This document shows, piece by piece, positions 37,499-48,324 of a DNA stretch of 64,000 bases (within the stretch, counting starts at the first letter, position 1; each line of letters opens with the position of its first letter). The position numbers were made by a program, and so were the translations under genes. Source of the stretch: an uncultured Methylomirabilota bacterium. GTDB lineage: Bacteria; Methylomirabilota; Methylomirabilia; Methylomirabilales; 2-02-FULL-66-22. The notes beneath the pieces were generated by a model that worked only from the letters and a program-made list of their open reading frames with translations, searched no databases and had not been told where the DNA came from. The stretch is taken from positions 5,248,001-5,312,000 of the forward strand of contig OY970067.1 in the NCBI GenBank assembly GCA_963705305.1, given 5' to 3'.

Positions 37499-38368
37499 AT
37501 GACGCAACTCCTGCTCTTCAATGTCACCAACGGGCTGATCATCGGGACCTTCTACGTGCTGATGTCGCTCGGTTTGGCGCTCATCCTCAACCTCAGTGGC
37601 GTGATCAACTTCGCCCATGGCGGCTTCCTGGTCCTGGGCGGCTACCTTGCGTACACCCTGACTCCCTATCTGGGCTTCTGGGGATCGCTCCTGGCCTCGC
37701 CGCTGCTCACCGCCGTCATCGGACTCGCCATCGAGCGCCTGATGATCCGCAGACTCTACGGGCGCGATCCCCTCTATAGCTTGCTGCTGACGTTTGGCCT
37801 TGCCTACATCTTCGAGGACGGGACGCGCTTCCTCTGGGGGGCGCAGGGCCTTCCAGTGACGATCCCCGCGGTCTTGGGTCAACCCATGAGCGCCGAGTTC
37901 TTCTTCCTCACCGGCTACCGGTTGTTCATGATCGGCATCGTGGCTGCGACAGTCCTGCTGGTCTTCGTTCTCCTGCGCCGCACCCGCATCGGCGTTCGCA
38001 TCCGGGCGGGGACACTCGACCTCGAGACGGTGGCCGCGCTCGGCATCAACGTGGGGCGGCTGCGCGCGCTGAATTTTGGGGTGGGGATCTTTCTGGCCGG
38101 ACTGAGCGGGGTGCTGGCCGGCGGCCAGCTCGGGCTCGAGCCAACCATGGGCGCCGGCCTGCTCATGCCGAGCTTCATCGCCATCATCGTGGGAGGCGTG
38201 GGGAGCCTCCCCGGGACGCTGCTCGGAGGACTCCTGATCGGCGTGGCCTCGGGCGTCACCGCCGTCTACTTCCCCTCGGGGAGCGAAGCCGTGATGTACG
38301 TGCTCATGGCCGTGGTGCTGCTCATCCGACCGCGCGGATTGCTGGGCGAGGAAGGCATGCTGACATGA
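37499..38368 (+). CDS. LivH-like ABC permease
   Basis: LGLALI..LSGVINFAHG, IIVGGVGS, IRPRGLLG. Confidence 0.9.
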   Translation: MTQLLLFNVTNGLIIGTFYVLMSLGLALILNLSGVINFAHGGFLVLGGYLAYTLTPYLGFWGSLLASPLLTAVIGLAIERLMIRRLYGRDPLYSLLLTFGLAYIFEDGTRFLWGAQGLPVTIPAVLGQPMSAEFFFLTGYRLFMIGIVAATVLLVFVLLRRTRIGVRIRAGTLDLETVAALGINVGRLRALNFGVGIFLAGLSGVLAGGQLGLEPTMGAGLLMPSFIAIIVGGVGSLPGTLLGGLLIGVASGVTAVYFPSGSEAVMYVLMAVVLLIRPRGLLGEEGMLT

Positions 38369-39324
38369 AGGGTCGGGGACTGACGACGAACCAGATCACA
38401 CTGGGTGGCCTGTGGGCTGCGCTGCTGCTGGCACCCTACTGGATGCCCTGGGTCGGTGGCTATACAGCGCTGGGCACGCGGGTGCTCGTGCTCGGCCTCG
38501 CGGCCATGTCGGTCAATTTCCTGCTGGGATTCACCGGCATGCTCTCGTTCGGCCATGCGGCCTACTTCGGGCTCGGTGCGTACGGCGCCGGTCTCTGCCT
38601 GAAGCTGCTGGTGGCGAGCACGCCGCTCGCGCTCTTGATCGGCACGCTCACGGGCGGCATTGCCGGCGCAGTGCTCGGCGCGCTCATCGTACGCCGGCGC
38701 GGCATCTACTTCGCCATGGTGACGATCGCGTTCGGGGAGGTGTTCTATTACATCGCCTTCCAGTGGAGCACCCTCACCGGAGGGGACGACGGGTTGCGCG
38801 GCTTCTCGCGCCAGCCCCTCCATTTCGGGCCGTTCACCGTCGACATCCTGAACAACGGCGTCGTCTTCTACTATTTCGTTTTGGTGTGCTTCACCGTCAC
38901 CATCGGCCTCATGGCCTTCCTCCTGCGCTCGCCGTTCGGCCACACCATGATCGCGATCCGCGAGAACGAGCGCCGCGCCCGCTTCCTGGGGATCCCCATC
39001 GAGCGGCACATCTGGATCGCCTTCACGCTGTCATGCTTCTTCATCAGTCTGGCCGGATCGCTCTACGCGCTCCTCAACAATTTCGCCGATCCGAAAGGGC
39101 TGCATTACGATCTTTCGGGCAACCTGGTGATCATGGCGGTGATGGGCGGCATGCGCAGCTTCTGGGGGCCGCTCCTGGGCGCCGCCATCTTTGTGGTCCT
39201 GCAAGACTTCCTGTCAAGCCTTACCACCAACTGGATGTCTTTCGTCGGCGCGCTGTTCGTGCTGGTCGTCCTGTTCTTCCCCCGGGGGGTGCTCGGAGTC
39301 CTGCGCCGAAGGGGCGAGGCGTGA
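38365..39324 (+). CDS. LivM-like ABC permease
   Basis: GFTGMLSFGHAAYFGLGAY, TGGDDG, SPFG..MIAIRENE. Confidence 0.9.
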   Translation: MKGRGLTTNQITLGGLWAALLLAPYWMPWVGGYTALGTRVLVLGLAAMSVNFLLGFTGMLSFGHAAYFGLGAYGAGLCLKLLVASTPLALLIGTLTGGIAGAVLGALIVRRRGIYFAMVTIAFGEVFYYIAFQWSTLTGGDDGLRGFSRQPLHFGPFTVDILNNGVVFYYFVLVCFTVTIGLMAFLLRSPFGHTMIAIRENERRARFLGIPIERHIWIAFTLSCFFISLAGSLYALLNNFADPKGLHYDLSGNLVIMAVMGGMRSFWGPLLGAAIFVVLQDFLSSLTTNWMSFVGALFVLVVLFFPRGVLGVLRRRGEA

Positions 39325-40070
39325 GCCTTATCGAGGTCAAGAACCTCAGCAAGATGTTCGGCAGGCTCCCCGCGGTCCATGATGTGTCGCTCCGCGTGGC
39401 TGCAGGGGAGCTCCGCGCTGTGATCGGGCCCAACGGGGCCGGCAAGACCACTTTCTTCAACCTCGTCAGCGGCCTGGTCTCGCCGACCGCCGGCACCATC
39501 GTGTACGACGGCCGCGACATCACCAGGCTGCCCGCCCACATGCGAGTGGCGCTGGGCATTGCGCGCACGTTTCAGATTACTGAGATCTTCCCCGAGCTCA
39601 GCGTATTCGAAAACGTGCGGATCGGGGCAGAGGTCACTGCGGGCTATCGTCTGCGACCCTGGATCAGCCGGGCGGAGCAGTCGGATCTGCGTCGTCGCGT
39701 CGAGAAGACGCTGGTGCAGGCGGGCCTCGAGGCCAAATCGGACCAGCTCGTGGGCGAGCTGGCCCACGGGGATCAGCGGGCAACCGAGATCGCCATGGCT
39801 CTGTCGCTCGAACCTCACCTCCTGCTGCTGGATGAGCCGACCGCCGGAATGGGCGATCAAGAGACGTACCAGATCATCCAGCTCATCCGCCGGCTGCACG
39901 GCGGAGGCGCGCTTACGATCATCCTGATCGAGCACGACATGCGCGTCGTTTTCCACCTTGCCGATCGCATCAGCGTGCTCGATCAGGGCGCGCTCCTCGC
40001 CGAGGGCACGCCGAAGGAAATCGCCGAAAACGGGGCCGTACAGGCCGCCTATCTGGGCAAGGCCACATGA
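39321..40070 (+). CDS. LivG-like ABC ATP-binding protein
   Basis: GPNGAGKTT, RTFQI, LLLLDEPTAG, IEHDM; GTG start overlaps the upstream stop. Confidence 0.9.
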   Translation: MSLIEVKNLSKMFGRLPAVHDVSLRVAAGELRAVIGPNGAGKTTFFNLVSGLVSPTAGTIVYDGRDITRLPAHMRVALGIARTFQITEIFPELSVFENVRIGAEVTAGYRLRPWISRAEQSDLRRRVEKTLVQAGLEAKSDQLVGELAHGDQRATEIAMALSLEPHLLLLDEPTAGMGDQETYQIIQLIRRLHGGGALTIILIEHDMRVVFHLADRISVLDQGALLAEGTPKEIAENGAVQAAYLGKAT

Positions 40071-40828
40071 GCAGCGCACTCGAGGCCGAAGGGCTTCATA
40101 CGTTCTACGGCAAGAGCCACATCCTCCACGGAGTGGGCCTGCAGGTCGCCGAAGGCTCGATCACGGCCCTCCTCGGCCGCAATGGGGCGGGAAAGACCAC
40201 GACCCTGCGCAGCCTGATGGGCCTGACGCCCCCGCGGGAGGGGCGGATCAAGATCTTCGGGATCGAGACCACGCGATGGCCGACCTTTCAGATCGCCGCG
40301 CAGGGCGTCGGGTATGTTCCGGAGGGACGGCGGGTATTCCCCAACTTGACGGTCGAGGAGAACCTCAGGGTGCCGCTGGACCGCGGCGGCCCGTGGACGA
40401 TCGAGCGGATCTTCCAGCTCTTCCCGCGGCTCGCCGAGCGCAGGCAGAGTCGCGGGCGTCAGCTCTCGGGCGGCGAGCAGGAAATGCTGGCCATCGCCCG
40501 CGCCCTGCTGGTCAATCCCAAGCTCCTGATCCTCGACGAGCCGTCGCAGGGGCTGGCCCCGCTGATTATGCGCGAGGTGTTTCGCGTCGTTGCCCAGATG
40601 CGCCGGGAAGGGATCTCCGTTCTGCTCGTGGAGCAGAACGTGCGCCTGAGCCTGGATATCGCGGACCACGCCTACGTGCTGGACGACGGCGCCGTGGTCT
40701 TTTCCGGGACGGCTCAGGAGCTCGGCGCGGACGAGGCGCGGATGGCGGTGCTGGCTGGCGCCAGCGCCGAGGAGTGGACCCCCGCCGACCGGACGAACCG
40801 GGCATTCCAATCGCCTCCCAGCGGTTGA
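40067..40828 (+). CDS. LivF-like ABC ATP-binding protein
   Basis: GRNGAGKTT, YVPEGRRVF, LSGGEQEMLAIARAL, LVEQN. Confidence 0.9.
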   Translation: MSSALEAEGLHTFYGKSHILHGVGLQVAEGSITALLGRNGAGKTTTLRSLMGLTPPREGRIKIFGIETTRWPTFQIAAQGVGYVPEGRRVFPNLTVEENLRVPLDRGGPWTIERIFQLFPRLAERRQSRGRQLSGGEQEMLAIARALLVNPKLLILDEPSQGLAPLIMREVFRVVAQMRREGISVLLVEQNVRLSLDIADHAYVLDDGAVVFSGTAQELGADEARMAVLAGASAEEWTPADRTNRAFQSPPSG

Positions 40829-40962
40829 CGCCCTCCTGCCAACGATCACCTCGCGTCTCGCTCCCCTAACTTCCCGTCAATTCAGCCGTCATAACTAGTT
40901 TTCCCTTGGCAAGGCTTGCAGGGCTATGGTAACGTTTTCCAGTTATCCTGGAGGGTCGGAAC

Positions 40963-41712
40963 ATGTCTGGACACAGCAAGTGGGCCGGCATTAAGCACAA
41001 GAAGGCCAAGGTGGACGCCCAGCGGGGTCGGGTCTTCACCAAGCTCATCCGCGAGATCACGGTCGCCGCCCGCGTGGGGGGCGGGGACCCGGGGGGCAAC
41101 CCCCGGCTGCGGACCGCCATCCTGGCGGCCAAGGCCGTGAACATGCCGGCCGACAACATCGACCGGGCCATCAAGAAAGGCACCGGCGAGCTGGAGGGGG
41201 TCTCCTACGAGGAGATCACCTACGAGGGCTACGGCCCCGGCGGCGTGGCGGTCCTGGCCGAAGTCCTGACCGATAACCGGAACCGCACGGTCGGCGAGGT
41301 CCGGAAGATGTTCTCCCGCCACGGCGGGAATCTGGGCGAGGCGGGCTGCGTGGCCTTCCTCTTCGACAAGAAGGGCTACCTCCAGGTGGAGGCCGCCAAG
41401 GTGGACGAAGACAAGCTGCTCTCGATCGCCCTGGAGTCCGGGGCGGAGGACATGCAGCGGGAAGAGAGCGTCTTCGCCATCACCACGGCGCCGCGCGACT
41501 TCGAGAAGGTGCGCGAGGCGCTGGTGAAGAGCGGCATCCAGCCCCACTCCGGAGAGATCACCATGCTTCCCAAGAGCACGGTGGCCCTGGATGGCAAGGC
41601 CGCCGAGCAGATGCTGCGGCTGATGGAGGAGCTGGAGGACCACGACGACGTCCAGCACGTCTACGCGAACTTCGACATTCCCGAGGAGATCATGGCGGCG
41701 ATGACCGCCTAG
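40963..41712 (+). CDS. yebC: YebC/PmpR family protein
   Basis: [38 protein letters not shown]. Confidence 0.96.
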   Translation: MSGHSKWAGIKHKKAKVDAQRGRVFTKLIREITVAARVGGGDPGGNPRLRTAILAAKAVNMPADNIDRAIKKGTGELEGVSYEEITYEGYGPGGVAVLAEVLTDNRNRTVGEVRKMFSRHGGNLGEAGCVAFLFDKKGYLQVEAAKVDEDKLLSIALESGAEDMQREESVFAITTAPRDFEKVREALVKSGIQPHSGEITMLPKSTVALDGKAAEQMLRLMEELEDHDDVQHVYANFDIPEEIMAAMTA

Positions 41713-41720
41713 CCCGGCGC

Positions 41721-42215
41721 ATGCGCGTGCTCGGAATCGACCCGGGATCGATGGCTACAGGCTACGGCATCGTCGAGGCGCACGGGAGCAGCCTTCAGGC
41801 GGTCGCCTTCGGCGCCATCACGTCCCCGGCGAAACTCTCATTCAGCCAGCGCCTCCTTCGCATCCACCAGGAACTTCGCGCCCTCCTCTCCCAGACTCGA
41901 CCGGACTGCGCCGCAGTGGAGGCGGTCTTTTTCGCCAAGAACGTCCAGAGCGCGCTGCGGTTGGGACAGGCGCGGGGCGTTGTCCTCTTGACGCTGGCCC
42001 AGGAGGCCGTGGAAGTGCACGAGTACTCGGCGCTGGAGGTCAAGCAGGCCGTCACCAGCTACGGCCATGCCCAGAAGGAGCAGGTGCAGGAGATGGTGCG
42101 CCTGCTGCTCAATCTGGCGGAGGCGCCCCATCCCGCCGATGCCGCCGACGCCCTGGCCGTGGCCATCTGCCATCATCATGCCGCCCGCTTGCGCGCGCGC
42201 CTGAGGAATGGCTGA
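41721..42215 (+). CDS. ruvC: Holliday junction resolvase
   Basis: [40 protein letters not shown]. Confidence 0.96.
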   Translation: MRVLGIDPGSMATGYGIVEAHGSSLQAVAFGAITSPAKLSFSQRLLRIHQELRALLSQTRPDCAAVEAVFFAKNVQSALRLGQARGVVLLTLAQEAVEVHEYSALEVKQAVTSYGHAQKEQVQEMVRLLLNLAEAPHPADAADALAVAICHHHAARLRARLRNG

Positions 42216-42827
42216 ATGATTGCCCGGATCCGGGGACGCCTGGCCAGCAAGGAGCCTCACCGCGTGGTGGTGGATGTCAACGGGGTGGGGTACCTGCTCC
42301 ACATTCCCCTCTCGACGTTCTACCAGCTCCCCGAGGTCCCGGCGGAGGTCTGCCTGCACACCTACACCCACGTCCGCGAGGACGCCATCCAGCTTTTCGG
42401 GTTTCACAGCCAGGAGGAGCAGGCCCTGTTCGAGCTTCTTCAGGGCGTGGCGGGCATCGGTCCCCGGCTGGCCACCAACATCCTCTCGGGGATCTCGGTG
42501 GAGGAACTGGTCCCGGCCCTGTCCGACGGCGATGTCGCCCGGCTGCGGGCCGTCCCCGGGGTGGGGAAGAAGCTGGCAGAGCGGCTGGTGGTGGAGCTGC
42601 GGGAAAAGGCGGCCGCCACTCGCCGGGCGCCGGCGGCCCCCCAGGCGGGCCCGGCGGCCGTCGGGGACCGCGTGGTGGACGATGTGGTGTCGGCCCTGGT
42701 GAATCTGGGGTGCAACCGGAAGGAGGCCGCCAAGGCGGCCGAGGCGGCACGCCAGGAGCTGGGGGCGGCCGCCGAGTTCGAGGCCCTCATCAAGGCCGCC
42801 CTCCGCGGGCTCGGCGAAAGCCGCTGA
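42216..42827 (+). CDS. ruvA: Holliday junction branch migration protein
   Basis: [39 protein letters not shown]. Confidence 0.96.
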   Translation: MIARIRGRLASKEPHRVVVDVNGVGYLLHIPLSTFYQLPEVPAEVCLHTYTHVREDAIQLFGFHSQEEQALFELLQGVAGIGPRLATNILSGISVEELVPALSDGDVARLRAVPGVGKKLAERLVVELREKAAATRRAPAAPQAGPAAVGDRVVDDVVSALVNLGCNRKEAAKAAEAARQELGAAAEFEALIKAALRGLGESR

Positions 42828-42832
42828 GACAG

Positions 42833-42940
42833 CAGAATGGAAAATGTAAAACCGACAATGCAAAACCGACGACCGGTCAACCGCGGTCCGGAAATTGGCC
42901 GGTTTTAAATGGTCAGTTGTCGGTTTTCAATTGTCTTTTG
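42833..42940. repeat. AT-rich heptameric repeats forming an imperfect inverted repeat between ruvA and ruvB
   Basis: gaatgga aaatgta aaaccga caatgca aaaccga ... tggtcagt tgtcggtt ttcaatt gtctttt. Confidence 0.6.
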
Positions 42941-42952
42941 TCTCAAGAGCCC

Positions 42953-43987
42953 ATGACCGATCACATCATGACCCGGCAGCGCCTGGATGAGGACCAACAG
43001 GTCGAGCAGACCCTGCGCCCGATCCGCTGGGAGGACTACGTCGGCCAGGACAAGGTCAAGGAGAATCTCCACGTCTTCATCCAGGGGGCCCGCGCCCGCA
43101 ACGAGGCGCTGGACCACGTACTGTTCTACGGCCCGCCGGGGCTGGGGAAGACCACCCTGGCGTACATCATCGCCTCCGAGCTGGGCGTCAGCATCCGCCC
43201 CACCTCGGGTCCCGTGATCGAGCGGCCCAAGGACCTGGCGGCCATCCTGTCCAACCTGCAAGAGCGGGATGTCCTGTTCGTGGACGAGATCCACCGGCTG
43301 AACCCCACGGTCGAGGAGACGCTGTATCCGGCCATGGAGGACTACAAGCTGGACCTCATCATCGGCCAGGGGCCCAGCGCCCAGACCTACAAGCTGACCC
43401 TCCCCCACTTCACGCTCATCGGGGCCACTACGCGGGCCGGCCTTCTCACGTCGCCCCTGCGGGACCGCTTCGGCGTCGTGCAGCGCCTCGACTTCTACAC
43501 GGACGAGGATCTGCTGAAGATCATCACCCGCTCGGCCGGCATCCTGAACGTCTCCGTCACGCCCGAGGGGGCCTGGGAGCTGGCCCGGCGCTCGCGGGGG
43601 ACGCCCCGGGTGGCGAACCGGCTGCTCCGGCGGGTCCGCGACTTTGCCCAGGTTCTGGGCGACGGGAGGATCGACGCGCAGGTGGCGCGCCATGCCCTGG
43701 AGCGGCTGGAAGTGGACGAGCGCGGCTTCGACGAGATGGACCGCCGCATCCTCACGACCATCATCGAGAAGTTCTCGGGCGGCCCGGTGGGAATCGAGAC
43801 CCTGGCGGTCGCCGTGAGCGAGGAGCGGGACACCATCGAGGACGTGTACGAGCCCTTCCTCATCCAGCTCGGCTTCCTGGCGCGGACCCCGCGGGGGCGG
43901 GTGGCCACCCCGCTGGCCTACGCCCATTTCCGGCTGGCCCCTCCCAGCGGCCCGCAGGGGGATCTCTGGCCGGGGACGCCCCGCTGA
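42953..43987 (+). CDS. ruvB: Holliday junction branch migration ATPase
   Basis: [48 protein letters not shown]. Confidence 0.97.
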   Translation: MTDHIMTRQRLDEDQQVEQTLRPIRWEDYVGQDKVKENLHVFIQGARARNEALDHVLFYGPPGLGKTTLAYIIASELGVSIRPTSGPVIERPKDLAAILSNLQERDVLFVDEIHRLNPTVEETLYPAMEDYKLDLIIGQGPSAQTYKLTLPHFTLIGATTRAGLLTSPLRDRFGVVQRLDFYTDEDLLKIITRSAGILNVSVTPEGAWELARRSRGTPRVANRLLRRVRDFAQVLGDGRIDAQVARHALERLEVDERGFDEMDRRILTTIIEKFSGGPVGIETLAVAVSEERDTIEDVYEPFLIQLGFLARTPRGRVATPLAYAHFRLAPPSGPQGDLWPGTPR

Positions 43988-44094
43988 GGGGAGAGAGGTT
44001 CGAGGTTGACGGTTGTCGGCCGGCACGGGATGGGCCCGACTCCTACTTCGGATAGCGCGTTACGTACGCAACGGTCAATTTCATGATCCCGGGA

Positions 44095-44310
44095 ATGGAC
44101 TCGTTCGGCAAGATGCTGATCCTCTTCGGGGTGATCCTGATCCTCGTGGGAGGGGTGATCCTTTTGGCCGGAAAGATCCCCTTCCTGGGACGGCTGCCCG
44201 GCGACATCCTGATCCGTCGCAAGAACTGGAGCGTCTACTTCCCCCTGACGACCTGCATCCTCATCAGCATCGTGCTCTCCATGCTCTTCTACTTCTTCGG
44301 GCGGCGATGA
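44095..44310 (+). CDS. DUF2905 family membrane protein
   Basis: GRLPGDI...YFPLTTCILIS; usual position after ruvB. Confidence 0.88.
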   Translation: MDSFGKMLILFGVILILVGGVILLAGKIPFLGRLPGDILIRRKNWSVYFPLTTCILISIVLSMLFYFFGRR

Positions 44311-45485
44311 CCAGGCGGTCTCAGGCGCTGGCGGGACGACGCATCACTCCGAGCCTCCTGCTGGCCCTCCTCGCCTGCGTGGGGGTGTGGGGAGAATCGG
44401 TCCCGGCCGCTGCCGAGACCGTGCGGGTGCTGGTGGCGGAGAACCGGCCGGCCTTTTCGGTGGCCAGCAGCGGCGGCCTCACTGTGACCGACACCACAGG
44501 CCGCCACATTCTGGCCCAGCGGGCCGACGGCCGGCCTCTCCGGCTGGCTCCCCAGCGGGGGAATGTCCTGGTGCGGGAGATGGGAACGGGGGCGCCCATC
44601 CTGCTGGTCTGGCCGGGCCGCACGCCCACGGTGGGACTGGACGGGCAGCCGTACCGGGGCCGGCTCGAGATCCACCCCGTGAACGGCAGCCTGCTGGCGG
44701 TGGACGTGGTGGAGCTGGAGGAGTACCTTCAGGGCGTCCTGAAGGACGAGATTCCCCCGGGGTGGCCCGCCGAGGCGATCAAGGCCATGGCCGTGACGGC
44801 CCGGACGTACGCCGTCTACCGGATCCAGCAGGACCCGACCGCCCTGTTCAACGTCCGCGCCACGACCGCCTCCCAGGTCTACGGGGGGGCCGCCGACGAG
44901 GATCCTCGGACAACCTGGGCCGTGCAGGCCACGCGGGGCCAGATCCTCACGATCAACGGGGAGCCCATTCCGGCCTTCTATCACTCCTGCTCGGGCGGGG
45001 CCACCGAGGACGCGCAGGACGTCTTCGGGCTGAACTTCGACACCGTCTTCGGCGTCCGGGACGACTTCAGCCTGAACTGCCCCTACGCGCTGTGGATCGA
45101 GCGGCTGACCGCGTCGCAGATCGAGACGGCCCTCCGGCAGGCCGGGTACCCGGTGGGTCGAATCCTGCGCATCCAGGATCTGCTGCGCAGCCGGACGGGA
45201 CGCATCGTTCGCATCGCCGTCCAGCACAGCCGGGGCACCCTGATTCTGGAGGGGAAACGGTTCCGCGAGGCCCTGGGGAACGACCTCATCCGCAGCACCG
45301 ATTTCGCCGTGCGTCCCGACGGCGACGGCTTTACGTTCGTCGGGAGAGGCTGGGGGCACGGCGTGGGGTTGAGCCAGTGGGGCGCCAAGGAGATGGCGGA
45401 TCTCGCCTATCAGTACCAGAACATCCTGAAGTTCTACTTTCCCCTGGCCCAGCTTCGGATGATGAATCCCTCACAACGGCGCTGA
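44307..45485 (+). CDS. SpoIID/LytB domain protein
   Basis: YRG, LEEYLQGV..EI, EAIKAMAVTARTYA, QVYGG, GWGHGVGLSQWGA. Confidence 0.92.
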   Translation: MTRRSQALAGRRITPSLLLALLACVGVWGESVPAAAETVRVLVAENRPAFSVASSGGLTVTDTTGRHILAQRADGRPLRLAPQRGNVLVREMGTGAPILLVWPGRTPTVGLDGQPYRGRLEIHPVNGSLLAVDVVELEEYLQGVLKDEIPPGWPAEAIKAMAVTARTYAVYRIQQDPTALFNVRATTASQVYGGAADEDPRTTWAVQATRGQILTINGEPIPAFYHSCSGGATEDAQDVFGLNFDTVFGVRDDFSLNCPYALWIERLTASQIETALRQAGYPVGRILRIQDLLRSRTGRIVRIAVQHSRGTLILEGKRFREALGNDLIRSTDFAVRPDGDGFTFVGRGWGHGVGLSQWGAKEMADLAYQYQNILKFYFPLAQLRMMNPSQRR

Positions 45486-45577
45486 GCGCAGCCCGGGCGG
45501 GCAACGGGGCTCCCGGACGGTCCGGCTGCCAGATCGCCCCACTGCGTGACCGCCCGATTCGCGGAAAGTCCCCCGAC

Positions 45578-46693
45578 ATGCGTCTGAGCGATTTCGACTA
45601 CCATCTGCCCCCCGAGCTCATCGCCCAGGAGCCCGCGCCCGAGCGCGATGCCTCCCGGCTTTTGGTGCTCGAGCGCGCCGGCGGGGCGCTGCACCATCGC
45701 CGCTTCTCGGATCTCCCGGAATACCTGCGGCCTGGGGACGTGCTCGTCATCAACGAGACGAAGGTGATTCCGGCCCGGCTGTTCGGCCGGCTCGAGGACG
45801 GCCGGTCCGTCGAGCTCTTGCTGGTGCGGCCGGTCTCCCTGCGCCCCCTCTCCCCCGTCGCGCCGCCCGAGGCCGGCGCGGTCCGGGACGCGGCCGCCGA
45901 CGAGTGCTGGGAGGCGCTGGCCAAGCCGGCCAGACCGGTGCGGGAGGGCCGGACGGTGACTGTCGCCGACGGGCGCCTCAGCCTGACGGTGGCCGCCCGC
46001 GGTCGCTACGGGCGCCGCGTCCTCCGGCTGCCGGCCGGGGCGGACCTCCCGGCCGTCCTGGAGACCCACGGGGCCGTGCCGCTCCCCCCGTACATCCGGC
46101 GCGCCGCCGCGGACCGCGAGCCGGACGGCGGGCAGGGGCGGCGGGACCGCGACCGGTACCAGACCGTGTACGCGAAAGAGGCGGGGGCGGTGGCGGCCCC
46201 CACCGCGGGCCTGCACTTTACCCCCGCGCTCCTCGATCGCATCCGAGCCATGGGAGTCTCCATCCGCCCGCTCACGTTACACGTCGGCCCCGGCACTTTC
46301 CAGCCCGTCCGGGTGGAGGAGATCGCCCACCACCGGATGGAAGCAGAGCCGTACACCATCCCCGCTGACACGGCCCAGGCGGTCCGCGCGGCACACCGGG
46401 AGGGGCGGCGCGTCGTCGTCGTGGGCACGACCTGCGTGCGGGCCCTGGAATACGCCGCCGATTCCCACGACGTGGTGCGGGCCGGATCGAGCGAAGCCGA
46501 CCTCTTCATCCGGCCGGGGCACCGGTTCCAGGTGGTGGACGCGCTGGTGACCAACTTCCACCTGCCCCGCTCCACGCTGCTCATGCTGGTGACCGCCTTT
46601 GCCGGCCTGGAGACCATCCGCCGCGCCTACGACGAGGCCGTTGCACGGGGCTACCGGTTTTATAGTTATGGCGACGCCATGCTCATCCTTTAA
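45578..46693 (+). CDS. queA: S-adenosylmethionine:tRNA ribosyltransferase-isomerase
   Basis: DFDYHLPPELIAQEP, PLPPYI, YQTVYA, AAPTAGLHF, TNFHLPRSTL, YSYGDAMLI. Confidence 0.97.
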   Translation: MRLSDFDYHLPPELIAQEPAPERDASRLLVLERAGGALHHRRFSDLPEYLRPGDVLVINETKVIPARLFGRLEDGRSVELLLVRPVSLRPLSPVAPPEAGAVRDAAADECWEALAKPARPVREGRTVTVADGRLSLTVAARGRYGRRVLRLPAGADLPAVLETHGAVPLPPYIRRAAADREPDGGQGRRDRDRYQTVYAKEAGAVAAPTAGLHFTPALLDRIRAMGVSIRPLTLHVGPGTFQPVRVEEIAHHRMEAEPYTIPADTAQAVRAAHREGRRVVVVGTTCVRALEYAADSHDVVRAGSSEADLFIRPGHRFQVVDALVTNFHLPRSTLLMLVTAFAGLETIRRAYDEAVARGYRFYSYGDAMLIL

Positions 46694-46706
46694 TTAGGCT
46701 GCTGCC

Positions 46707-47849
46707 ATGCATTTCGAGCTCTTGACCACCGATCCGACGGGCGCGCGGTGCGGCCGGATCCACACCGCGCACGGCAGCGTGGACACCCCCGTCTTCATGC
46801 CGGTCGGCACCCAGGCCACCGTGAAGACCGTGGAGCCGCGCGACCTGGCCGCGGAGGCGTGCGAGATCCTCCTCTGCAACACCTATCACCTCTACCTCCG
46901 CCCCGGGCATGACCTCATCCGGGACCTGGGTGGGCTGCATTGCTTCATGGGCTGGGACCGGGCCATCCTGACCGACAGCGGCGGATACCAGATCCTGAGC
47001 CTCGCCCTGCTCCGCCGTCTCGAGGAGGATGGGGTGACGTTCCAGTCGCACCTTGACGGCTCGCGCCACCTGCTGACGCCCGAGCGGGCGGTGGAGATCC
47101 AGCGGGCTCTGGGCGCGGACATCCTCATGGCGCTGGACGAGTGCCCGCCCCACGCGGCGGAATATGACTACCATCGCGCCTCCATGGAGCGCACGCTGCG
47201 CTGGGCCCGCCGCTGCCGGACGGCCCACCCGGCAGAGACGCCAGCGCTGTTCGGCATCGTGCAGGGGGGCACCCACCCGGACCTGCGCGCCCAATCCGCC
47301 GCGGAGCTTTGCGACATCGGCTTTGCCGGCTACGCGCTGGGCGGCCTAGGCATCGGCGAAGGTCCGGCCGCCATGTACGAGACCGTGGAACGCACGACGC
47401 CCCTCCTTCCGGCCGGCGCCCCGCGTTACCTGATGGGCGTGGGAACCCCGCAGGACCTGCTGGAATGCATCGGCCGCGGCGTGGACATGTTCGACTGCGT
47501 CCTTCCCACCCGCAACGCGCGCAACGGCACCCTCTTCACCGGCAGCGGCCGGATCAACATCAAGGGGGCCGCCTACGCGCGGGATGAGCGGCCGGTGGAG
47601 GCCGGCTGCACGTGCTACACGTGCGCCCATTTCTCCCGGGCCTACCTGCGCCATTTGTACGTGGCCGGCGAGATCCTCGGTCTTCGCTTGAACACCATCC
47701 ACAATCTGCATTACTATGTGGGCCTTATGCGCCACGCCCGGCAGGCCATCCAGGCCGGGGCGTTCGCCGCGTGGCGGGACGAAACGCTGGCGCGTCTTTC
47801 AACCGATTTCACAACCCCACGTCACACACAGGAGAGCCATGATGACTGA
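46707..47849 (+). CDS. tgt: tRNA-guanine transglycosylase
   Basis: TPVFMPVGT, NTYHL, LTDSGGYQ, GIVQGG, YLMGVG, DMFDCVLPTR, CxCxxC zinc site. Confidence 0.97.
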   Translation: MHFELLTTDPTGARCGRIHTAHGSVDTPVFMPVGTQATVKTVEPRDLAAEACEILLCNTYHLYLRPGHDLIRDLGGLHCFMGWDRAILTDSGGYQILSLALLRRLEEDGVTFQSHLDGSRHLLTPERAVEIQRALGADILMALDECPPHAAEYDYHRASMERTLRWARRCRTAHPAETPALFGIVQGGTHPDLRAQSAAELCDIGFAGYALGGLGIGEGPAAMYETVERTTPLLPAGAPRYLMGVGTPQDLLECIGRGVDMFDCVLPTRNARNGTLFTGSGRINIKGAAYARDERPVEAGCTCYTCAHFSRAYLRHLYVAGEILGLRLNTIHNLHYYVGLMRHARQAIQAGAFAAWRDETLARLSTDFTTPRHTQESHDD

Positions 47850-48180
47850 TCTTGCCTACGCGCAGAGCGGCGCCGCGGGCGGACCGGCGGGCGGGGGCCT
47901 CAGCATGCTCATTCCCCTGGTCCTCATGTTCGCGGTCTTCTATTTCCTGCTGATCCGCCCCCAGCAGAGGAAGACGCGGAAGCACCAGGAGATGATCAAG
48001 GCCCTCAAGGTCGGCGATCGGGTCATCACCAGCGGCGGCCTGTGCGGCACCATCGTCAAGGGGGGCGACGCGCTGGTGGAGCTGGAGATCGCCGACAAGG
48101 TCCGCGTGGAAGTCGGGCGAACCTACATCGCCGGGAAGGTGGAGTCGAAAGAGGGGAAGGAACTCGTCAAGGAGTCCTAG
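47839..48180 (+). CDS. yajC: Preprotein translocase subunit YajC
   Basis: FYFLLIRPQQ, LKVGDRVITSGG; follows tgt. Confidence 0.94.
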   Translation: MMTDLAYAQSGAAGGPAGGGLSMLIPLVLMFAVFYFLLIRPQQRKTRKHQEMIKALKVGDRVITSGGLCGTIVKGGDALVELEIADKVRVEVGRTYIAGKVESKEGKELVKES

Positions 48181-48181
48181 C

Positions 48182-48324
48182 AGGCTGCTGAAAAAGGCCC
48201 ATCTGCGGACACCCAGCCTTCGGCCGGGTACCCGCCCGCTCGGGCACTCGCTGCGGCGTACCGGAAGTACGCCTCACTCGGCCCTTTGCGAGCCGCCTTG
48301 CATCTGGACCTTTTTGAGCAGCCT
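48182..48324. mobile_element. MITE-like element with 25-bp terminal inverted repeats
   Basis: aggctgctgaaaaaggcccatctgc versus reverse complement aggctgctcaaaaaggtccagatgc (21/25); about 145 bp, no transposase. Confidence 0.65.

Noticed and set aside
40906..40920. TGGC...TTGCA sigma54-like site before yebC
   Set aside because: The GG-to-GC spacing is 2 nt too short for a -24/-12 promoter.
44387..46693. 768-aa QueA and other long extended or antisense ORFs (e.g. 20351-22309, 49424-51577)
   Set aside because: Shadow ORFs of high-GC coding sequence, Arg/Gly/Pro-rich with no motifs.
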